The position numbers and the translations under genes were made by a program. Positions 8,257-14,564 of a stretch of 32,000 nt of DNA are shown piece by piece. The DNA is from Xanthomonas campestris pv. campestris str. ATCC 33913 (GTDB lineage Bacteria; Pseudomonadota; Gammaproteobacteria; Xanthomonadales; Xanthomonadaceae), in NCBI RefSeq assembly GCF_000007145.1, contig NC_003902.1, positions 3,266,497-3,298,496 of the forward strand, written 5' to 3'. The notes under the pieces were generated by a model. That model did not search any database. It had not been told where the DNA came from and worked only from the letters and a program-made list of their open reading frames with translations. The stretch's first letter is position 1. Each line of letters opens with the position of its first letter.

Positions 8257-9714
8257 ATGGCCACCGAACTTGCCCCCCCGCAGAATGCGCAGATCCTCGA
8301 ACGGTTGGGCCGACGTTACGACGCCGGTTTCATCACCGAGATCGAATCCGATTCGCTCCCGCCCGGTCTGGACGAAGACATCATCCGTGCACTGTCGGCC
8401 AAGAAAGAAGAGCCGCAATGGATGACCGACTGGCGCCTGGAGGCCTACCGCCACTGGCTGAAAATGCCGATGCCGGAGTGGGCCAAGTTGAAGATCGCGC
8501 CGATCGATTTCCAGGCGTTGAGCTATTACTCCGCGCCCAAGGGTCCGAAGTACGCGTCGCTGGATGATGTGCCCAAGGAACTGCTCGACACCTACGACAA
8601 GCTCGGCGTGCCGTTGCACGAGCGCGCGCGGCTGGCCGGCGTTGCGGTGGATGCAGTGTTCGATTCGGTCTCGGTCGGCACCACCTTCCGCAAGGAACTG
8701 GCCGAAAAGGGCGTGATCTTCTGCTCGATGTCCGAGGCGATCAAAGAGCATCCGGAGATCGTCAAACAGTACCTCGGCAGCGTGGTGCCGGTGGGCGACA
8801 ACTATTTTGCCGCGCTGAACTCGGCCGTATTTTCCGATGGCAGCTTCGTGTTCATTCCCAAGGGCGTGCGTTGCCCGATGGAACTGAGCACCTACTTCCG
8901 CATCAACGCCGGCCACACCGGCCAGTTCGAGCGCACCTTGATCGTGTGCGAAGACAAGGCCTACGTGTCGTACCTGGAAGGCTGCACCGCGCCAATGCGC
9001 GACGAAAACCAGCTGCATGCGGCCGTGGTGGAACTGGTGACGCTGGAAGATGCGGAGATCAAGTATTCGACCGTGCAGAACTGGTACCCGGGCGATGAGG
9101 AAGGCCGCGGCGGCATCTACAACTTCGTCACCAAGCGTGCCGAATGCCGTGGCGACCGCAGCAAGGTGACCTGGACCCAGGTCGAAACTGGCTCGGCGAT
9201 CACCTGGAAGTACCCGTCGTGCGTGCTGCTGGGCGACGATTCGGTGGGCGAGTTCCACTCGGTGGCCCTCACCCACCATCGTCAGCAGGCCGATACCGGC
9301 ACCAAGATGATCCACATCGGCAAGCGCACCAAGAGCAAGATCGTCAGCAAGGGCATCAGCGCCGGCCGCGGCCAGAACACCTACCGTGGCCTGGTCAAGG
9401 TGGATCGCAACGCCGATGGCGCGCGCAACTACACCCAGTGCGATTCGCTGTTGATCGGCAAGCAGTGCGGCGCCCACACCTTTCCCTATATCGAGGTGAA
9501 GAATCCCGGCGCCACAGTCGAGCACGAAGCCACCACCTCCAAGATCAGCGACGACCAGCTGTTCTACTGCCGCGCACGCGGCATCAGCCAGGAAGACGCG
9601 GTGTCGTTGATCGTGGATGGGTTCTGCAAGCAGGTGTTCCGCGAACTGCCGATGGAATTTGCGGTGGAAGCCAAGAAGCTGCTCGAAGTTTCCTTAGAAG
9701 GCAGCGTCGGCTGA
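8257..9714 (+). CDS. sufB: Fe-S cluster assembly scaffold SufB
   Basis: The 485-aa ORF contains [36 protein letters not shown] and [10 protein letters not shown], a characteristic SufB sequence. Confidence 0.95.
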   Translation: MATELAPPQNAQILERLGRRYDAGFITEIESDSLPPGLDEDIIRALSAKKEEPQWMTDWRLEAYRHWLKMPMPEWAKLKIAPIDFQALSYYSAPKGPKYASLDDVPKELLDTYDKLGVPLHERARLAGVAVDAVFDSVSVGTTFRKELAEKGVIFCSMSEAIKEHPEIVKQYLGSVVPVGDNYFAALNSAVFSDGSFVFIPKGVRCPMELSTYFRINAGHTGQFERTLIVCEDKAYVSYLEGCTAPMRDENQLHAAVVELVTLEDAEIKYSTVQNWYPGDEEGRGGIYNFVTKRAECRGDRSKVTWTQVETGSAITWKYPSCVLLGDDSVGEFHSVALTHHRQQADTGTKMIHIGKRTKSKIVSKGISAGRGQNTYRGLVKVDRNADGARNYTQCDSLLIGKQCGAHTFPYIEVKNPGATVEHEATTSKISDDQLFYCRARGISQEDAVSLIVDGFCKQVFRELPMEFAVEAKKLLEVSLEGSVG

Positions 9715-9717
9715 CAC

Positions 9718-9852
9718 CTTTCCCCTTCTCCCCTCGGGAGAAGGTGGCGCGCAGCGCCGGATGAGGGTACGGGCGAAGCCAAGTGCACCCAAACGGCACG
9801 ATGCTTCGCACGAACCCTCACCCCAACCCCTCTCCCGGCAGGAGAGGGGCTA
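9718..9852. repeat. REP-like composite palindromic element in the sufB-sufC spacer
   Basis: Hairpin 1 is CCTTCTCCC (9724-9732) paired with GGGAGAAGG (9736-9744). Hairpin 2 is CCCCTCTCC (9827-9835) paired with GGAGAGGGG (9841-9849). Between them lie inner imperfect inverted arms, GAGGGTACGGGCGAAG and CTTCGCACGAACCCTC. The motif resembles the interspersed intergenic repeats I recall from Xanthomonas, Stenotrophomonas and Burkholderia. Confidence 0.6.
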
Positions 9853-9878
9853 CATACGAATTCTGACGGACCATCAGC

Positions 9879-10643
9879 ATGCTCAACATTCAAAATCTCC
9901 ACGCCAGCATCGCCGGCAAAGACATCCTCAAGGGCCTGTCGCTGGACATCCAGCCCGGCCAGGTGCACGCCATCATGGGGCCCAACGGCGCCGGCAAATC
10001 GACCCTGGGCAATGTGCTCGCCGGTCGCGATGGCTACGCAGTCACTGCCGGCAGCGTGCAGTTCGAAGGCGCCGACCTGCTCGACCTGCAGCCGGAAGAA
10101 CGCGCTGCGGCCGGCCTGTTCCTGGCCTTCCAGTACCCGGTGGAAATCCCCGGCGTAAACAACACCTACTTCCTGCGTGCCGCGCTCAATGCGCAGCGCA
10201 AGGCGCGTGGCGAAGAAGAGCTGGATTCCATGCAGTTCCTCAAGCTGGTGCGGCAGAAGCTGGCGGTGCTGCATCTGAAGGACGAGCTGCTGCACCGTGG
10301 CGTCAACGAAGGGTTCTCCGGCGGCGAAAAGAAGCGCAACGAGATCTTCCAGCTGGCCGTACTCGAGCCGAAGTTGGCGATCCTGGACGAAACCGACTCC
10401 GGCCTGGATATCGATGCACTCAAGAGCGTGGCCGACGGCGTCAATGCGCTGCGCTCGACCGAGCGTTCGTTCCTGGTGATCACCCATTACCAGCGCCTGC
10501 TCGACTACATCAAGCCGGACGTGGTGCATGTGCTGTCCGATGGGCGCATCGTGCAGAGTGGCGGCCCGGAGCTGGCGCTGGAGTTGGAAAAACACGGCTA
10601 CCACTTCCTGAAGGACCGTGTGGTGCCGGAGGCCGCCGCCTGA
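9879..10643 (+). CDS. sufC: Fe-S cluster assembly ATPase SufC
   Basis: The 254-aa ORF contains GPNGAGKSTL (Walker A), the ABC signature FSGGEKKRNEI and LAILDETDSGLD (Walker B). Confidence 0.95.
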   Translation: MLNIQNLHASIAGKDILKGLSLDIQPGQVHAIMGPNGAGKSTLGNVLAGRDGYAVTAGSVQFEGADLLDLQPEERAAAGLFLAFQYPVEIPGVNNTYFLRAALNAQRKARGEEELDSMQFLKLVRQKLAVLHLKDELLHRGVNEGFSGGEKKRNEIFQLAVLEPKLAILDETDSGLDIDALKSVADGVNALRSTERSFLVITHYQRLLDYIKPDVVHVLSDGRIVQSGGPELALELEKHGYHFLKDRVVPEAAA

Positions 10644-11905
10644 TGAGTGCCTTGTTGGAATCCCTTGCCAGCGGGTTTAGCGGCAATGCTGCACGGCGCG
10701 CCGAACTCGACGCGGCCTTGCAGACCGGCCTGCCCGGCCCGCGTGCCGAAGCCTGGAAATACACCTCGCTGCGCCAGCTGGAACGCCGCAGCTTCCAGCC
10801 TGCACCGTTGGTGCCGGCGCTGATCGATGCCGCGGTGCTGGATGAGATCCCCACCCCGCGCCTGGTGTTCGTCAATGGCCGTGCGTCGGATGCGCTGAGC
10901 GATCTGTCCGAACTTCCGGCAGGCGTGCAGGTGCAGACGCTGTCGTCCGCACTAGTTGGCGATGAATCGGCGCAGCAGCTGCTTGGCCGCCGCTTCGAGC
11001 GCAGCGATGAAATTTTCGCGCGTCTGAATGCCGCGCTGGCCGATGAAGGCGCGCTGGTGCGCGTGGACGCAGGCGTCAAGGTGGCGCTGCCGCTGCAGCT
11101 GGTGTTCGTTAGCGTGGGCGGCGAGCACGACCTGGCCTGGCACCACCGCCATCTGATCGAATTGCGTGCCGACGCCGCGCTCGGCGTGGTCGAGCACCAC
11201 CTGCACGTAGGCGATGCAGCGCATCTGGACAACAGCGTGATGCATGTCCATCTGGCCCAGGACGCCGTGCTTTCGCACGCACGCGTGCAGGCCGATAGCG
11301 CACGCGCCACCGCGTTCGCGCGGACCGATGCGGTGCTGGCGCGCAATGCGCAGTACCAGCGTGTGGACCTGGAGCTGGGCGCAGGCCTGTCCCGGCACGA
11401 ACTCAATGCGCGGCTGGAAGGCGACAATGCACGGCTCACCGCCAATGGCGTGCTGCTGGGCAATGGCCGCCGGCATGTGGATACCCGCCTGGGCATCGAG
11501 CACATCGCCCGCGACACCGCCTGCGAGCTGGTCTGGCGCGGCGTCGGCGCCGACCGCAGCCGCGTGGTGTTCCACGGCGGCATCCATATCCGCCAGGGCG
11601 CCGATGGCACCGATGCACGTTTGTCGAACAAGAACCTGTTGCTCTCGGACAACGCCGAAATCGACACCCAGCCGGTGCTGGTGATCGACGCGGACGAAGT
11701 GCAGGCCGCGCACGGTGCCACCGTGGGTCAGCTCGACGACAACGCGCTGTTCTACCTGCGCTCGCGCGGGTTGCCGCAGCAGCAGGCGCAGCGCTTGCTC
11801 AGCGCCGCGTTCTGCCATGAGCCGTTGCGCGCACTGCCGTCGCCATTGCGCGATCTGCTGGCCGTGCAGCTGGACCGCGCCCTGAATTCGGCGGGCGTGG
11901 CATGA
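10643..11905 (+). CDS. sufD: Fe-S cluster assembly protein SufD
   Basis: I trimmed track ORF 9761..11905 to the ATG at 10643 (MSALLESLASGF...). This ATG overlaps the sufC stop as TGATG. EAWKYTSL and the C-terminal HGATVGQLDDNALFYLRSRGL are SufD-like. The upstream part of the track ORF overlaps sufC out of frame. Confidence 0.9.
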   Translation: MSALLESLASGFSGNAARRAELDAALQTGLPGPRAEAWKYTSLRQLERRSFQPAPLVPALIDAAVLDEIPTPRLVFVNGRASDALSDLSELPAGVQVQTLSSALVGDESAQQLLGRRFERSDEIFARLNAALADEGALVRVDAGVKVALPLQLVFVSVGGEHDLAWHHRHLIELRADAALGVVEHHLHVGDAAHLDNSVMHVHLAQDAVLSHARVQADSARATAFARTDAVLARNAQYQRVDLELGAGLSRHELNARLEGDNARLTANGVLLGNGRRHVDTRLGIEHIARDTACELVWRGVGADRSRVVFHGGIHIRQGADGTDARLSNKNLLLSDNAEIDTQPVLVIDADEVQAAHGATVGQLDDNALFYLRSRGLPQQQAQRLLSAAFCHEPLRALPSPLRDLLAVQLDRALNSAGVA

Positions 11906-13143
11906 ACGCCTCCGTCGCCGCCACTCCGGCACCGGACTGGGAGCGCGTACGCTCCGATTTCCCGCTGCTGATGCGGCAGGTGCACGGCAAGCCGCTGATC
12001 TATTTCGACAACGCCAACACCGGGCAGAAGCCGCTGCAGGTGATCGCTGCCACCGACGAGTTCTATCGCCGGCAGAACGCCAATGTCAGCCGCGCGGTGC
12101 ATGCACTGGGCACCGAAGCCACCGACGCGTTCGAGGGCGCACGCAGCAAGCTGGCGCGTTTTCTCAACGTGCGCGCCGACGAGCTGGTGCTGTGCAGCGG
12201 CACCACCTTCGCGATCAATCTGGTGGCCTATTCCTGGGCGCTGCCGCGCCTGGGGCCGAGCGATGTGATCCTGGTATCGCGCATGGAGCACCACGCCAAT
12301 ATCGTGCCGTGGCAGTTGGTGGCCCAGCGCACCGGCGCCACCATCCGCGTGGCCGAGATCACGCCTGAGGGCGCGCTGGATCTGGATGCACTGCGTAAGG
12401 CGATGACCCCCGAGGTCAAGCTGCTGGCGATCACCCACGTGTCCAACGTGCTGGGCACAGTGAACCCGGTGCGCGAGATCTGCCGTGAGGCACGCAAGCG
12501 CGGCATCGTCACCGTAGTGGACGGCTCGCAAGCCGCACCGCACCGCCGCGTCGACGTGGCCGGCATCGGCTGCGATTTCTACGCCATCACCGGCCACAAG
12601 ATGTGCGGCCCCACCGGCACCGGAGCATTGTGGGCGCGCCGCGAACATCTGCAGGCCATGCCGCCGTTTTTGGGCGGCGGCGAGATGATCAAGGAAGTGA
12701 GCTTCGAAGGCACCGTATTCAACGACGGCCCGCACAAGTTCGAAGCCGGCACGCCGAATATCGCTGGCTTCATCGGCTTGGGCGCGGCGGTTGACTATCT
12801 GGACGCAGTCGGCCTGGCGCACGTGGAAGCGCGCGAGACCGAGCTGCTCGCGCACTTCACCGAAGAGCTGCAGCGCATCGACGGCCTGCGCATCTTCGGC
12901 ACCACGCCGGACAAGGCGGCGGTGGTGTCGTTCCTGATCGAAGGCGCACATGCGCACGATCTGGCCACCCTGCTCGACCTGGAAGGCGTGGCCGTCCGCT
13001 CCGGCCAGCACTGCGCACACCCGCTGCTGCAGTACTACGGCGTGGCCGCCACCTGCCGCGCCTCGCTGGCGTTCTACAACACGCATGACGAGATCGAGCG
13101 TTTTGTTGCCGCGTTGGTGAAGGTGCGTCAGCTTTTGGGCTGA
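11902..13143 (+). CDS. sufS: Cysteine desulfurase SufS (group II)
   Basis: The 413-aa ORF overlaps the sufD stop as ATGA. It contains ITGHKMCGPTGTGAL (PLP lysine), RSGQHCAHPL (active-site Cys loop) and SLAFYNTHDEI. Confidence 0.95.
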   Translation: MNASVAATPAPDWERVRSDFPLLMRQVHGKPLIYFDNANTGQKPLQVIAATDEFYRRQNANVSRAVHALGTEATDAFEGARSKLARFLNVRADELVLCSGTTFAINLVAYSWALPRLGPSDVILVSRMEHHANIVPWQLVAQRTGATIRVAEITPEGALDLDALRKAMTPEVKLLAITHVSNVLGTVNPVREICREARKRGIVTVVDGSQAAPHRRVDVAGIGCDFYAITGHKMCGPTGTGALWARREHLQAMPPFLGGGEMIKEVSFEGTVFNDGPHKFEAGTPNIAGFIGLGAAVDYLDAVGLAHVEARETELLAHFTEELQRIDGLRIFGTTPDKAAVVSFLIEGAHAHDLATLLDLEGVAVRSGQHCAHPLLQYYGVAATCRASLAFYNTHDEIERFVAALVKVRQLLG

Positions 13144-13150
13144 TTGACTG

Positions 13151-13171
13151 CGGGAATCGGGAATGGAGAAT
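13151..13171. repeat. Inverted copies of the heptamer (CGGGAAT x2 plus degenerate GGAGAAT)
   Basis: The copies start 8 nt after the sufS stop. They are the reverse complement (ATTCCCG) of the downstream array unit. Confidence 0.7.
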
Positions 13172-13244
13172 CGAACAAGCGGGTCTCCCACATGCTGTCG
13201 CTGGTCGACAGAGGGGGAGTAGCTCATTGAGCGGCGCAACGCTT

Positions 13245-13342
13245 TTCCCGATTCCCGATTCCCGATTCCCGACTCCCGATTCCCGATTCCCGATTCCCGA
13301 CTCCCGACTCCCGATTCCCGATTCCCGATTCCCGATTCCCGA
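13245..13342. repeat. Tandem heptanucleotide array (YTCCCGA) x14
   Basis: I counted unit by unit: 11 copies of TTCCCGA and 3 of CTCCCGA (units 5, 9 and 10), contiguous with no spacers. The array ends 13 nt before the GNAT ATG at 13356. Confidence 0.97.
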
Positions 13343-13355
13343 TAAACTGTTCCAC

Positions 13356-13895
13356 ATGCAGACCACCACCTTCCGCACCGCCACCGTCGACGATATCGAT
13401 GCCATCGTCGCGCTCGTCACCTCCGCCTATCGCGGCGACAGCAGCCGCGTCGGCTGGACCACCGAAGCCGACATCCTGGACGGTGCGCGCATCGACCCGG
13501 CGGTGTTGCGGCAGGACATCCTGCGCGACCGCAGCCTGGTGCTGCTGGTGGAACAGGACGGCGCCCTGGTGGCCTGCGCGCATGTTGCCGACGAGGACGG
13601 CGCCGGTTACTTCGGCATGTTCTCGGTCAGCCCCACCCTGCAGGGCGGCGGTATCGGCAAGACAGTGCTCGCCGAAGCCGAACGCATCGCCGCCACCGAG
13701 TGGGCCCTGCCGCTGATGCGCATGACCGTGATCGACGTGCGCAACGAACTCATCGCCTTCTACGAACGCCGCGGGTATCGCCGTACCGGCGTGTCCAAGC
13801 CTTTCCCCTATGGCGACGAGCGCTTCGGCGTGCCGTTGCGCCAGGACCTGCGCTTCGAAGTGCTGGAGAAGCCGCTCGGCGAGGCCGCGTTGTGA
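13356..13895 (+). CDS. GNAT-family N-acetyltransferase
   Basis: I trimmed track ORF 13227..13895 to the ATG at 13356 (MQTTTFRTATVDDIDAIV...). The acetyl-CoA motif LQGGGIGKTVL and the tail AFYERRGYRRTG are present. Upstream of 13356 the track ORF merely translates the heptamer array. Confidence 0.8.
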   Translation: MQTTTFRTATVDDIDAIVALVTSAYRGDSSRVGWTTEADILDGARIDPAVLRQDILRDRSLVLLVEQDGALVACAHVADEDGAGYFGMFSVSPTLQGGGIGKTVLAEAERIAATEWALPLMRMTVIDVRNELIAFYERRGYRRTGVSKPFPYGDERFGVPLRQDLRFEVLEKPLGEAAL

Positions 13896-14221
13896 GCGAC
13901 AACTGGACCTTTGTCTGCGCCAGCGGCGAATTGCTGCCGGGCGAGCTGAAGACCGTGTGGGATGAAGTGACCGATGCGCCGATCGTGGTGTTCAACCTCG
14001 ACGGCGCGCTGTACGCGCTGGAAGACCGCTGCAGCCACGAAGATTACGAACTCTCGCCCGGCACCTTCGACGCGTCCGCCGGCACCATCGAGTGCCTGCT
14101 GCACAGCGCGCGCTTCGATATCCGCGATGGGCGTCCTCTGTGCGCCCCGGCCTATTCCGCAGTGTCCAAGTTCCCGGTGAAGCAGGAACACGGCGGTATC
14201 TGGACCCGCGACGACCGCTGA
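13892..14221 (+). CDS. Rieske [2Fe-2S] ferredoxin-like protein
   Basis: The GTG start at 13892 overlaps the GNAT stop as GTGA (VSDNWTFVCASGELLPG...). The Rieske ligands are CSHEDY...ECLLHSARF, a CxH...CxxH pattern. Confidence 0.85.
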   Translation: MSDNWTFVCASGELLPGELKTVWDEVTDAPIVVFNLDGALYALEDRCSHEDYELSPGTFDASAGTIECLLHSARFDIRDGRPLCAPAYSAVSKFPVKQEHGGIWTRDDR

Positions 14222-14305
14222 GCGCAGTGCCCAGCCGCCACTGGCAGCGCACCGCAAGGCCTCAATCTTTCAGCCGTATGCCATCCATCGGCAAAGATTG
14301 CAAAG

Positions 14306-14324
14306 AAGAATGATTTGCATTTAA
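14306..14324. promoter_or_regulatory. Weak Fur-box-like AT-rich site upstream of the TonB-dependent receptor
   Basis: By my count AAGAATGATTTGCATTTAA matches 11 of 19 positions of GATAATGATAATCATTATC. It is the only AT-rich island in the 343-bp spacer and lies about 240 nt upstream of the start codon. Confidence 0.3.
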
Positions 14325-14564
14325 GATCGCAACCCTTCAGGCCTTCTTAACAACTGGCCTTCCTGCGATCCCATGCGCCTGCCCCTGTCCATGCCGTTTT
14401 CTTCCTGGTGTTCGTCCGCCCTGTGCCGTTCGGCGCAGCGCTGCCGCGTGCACGGACGCCGGGCCTGGCAGCAGGCGGCATCGGGCTGACAGGCGCGCAT
14501 TCCCTTCCCGCATCCGCCGAGCCATCGCCAGGCCGAAGCATCGCTTCCCTTTTCGAGACGTCCC

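Noticed and set aside
7762-9525. A 587-aa minus-strand ORF.
   Set aside because: It is antisense to the Rrf2 regulator and sufB, which are unambiguous. It has no motifs and shows a shadow-frame composition.
9761-10642. The upstream 294 codons of the 714-aa track ORF that ends as sufD.
   Set aside because: This part overlaps sufC out of frame and translates to Arg/Pro/Ala-rich nonsense. The SufD-like sequence begins at ATG 10643, which is TGATG-coupled to sufC.
13245-13342. The possibility that the tandem array is a CRISPR array.
   Set aside because: The units are 7 bp and contiguous with no spacers, and there are no cas genes in the window. It is a microsatellite.
13227-13355. An N-terminal extension of the GNAT ORF that translates the heptamer array as PIPDSRF repeats.
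   Set aside because: It would need a TTG start with no ribosome-binding site. A 7-bp unit is not codon-periodic, so any copy-number change would frameshift it. The GNAT fold is complete from ATG 13356. I kept it in mind only as an unlikely phase-variable alternative.
14222-14290. A possible terminator after the Rieske gene.
   Set aside because: I found only short imperfect complementarity (AGTGCC / GGCAGC) and no T-run, which is not supportable.
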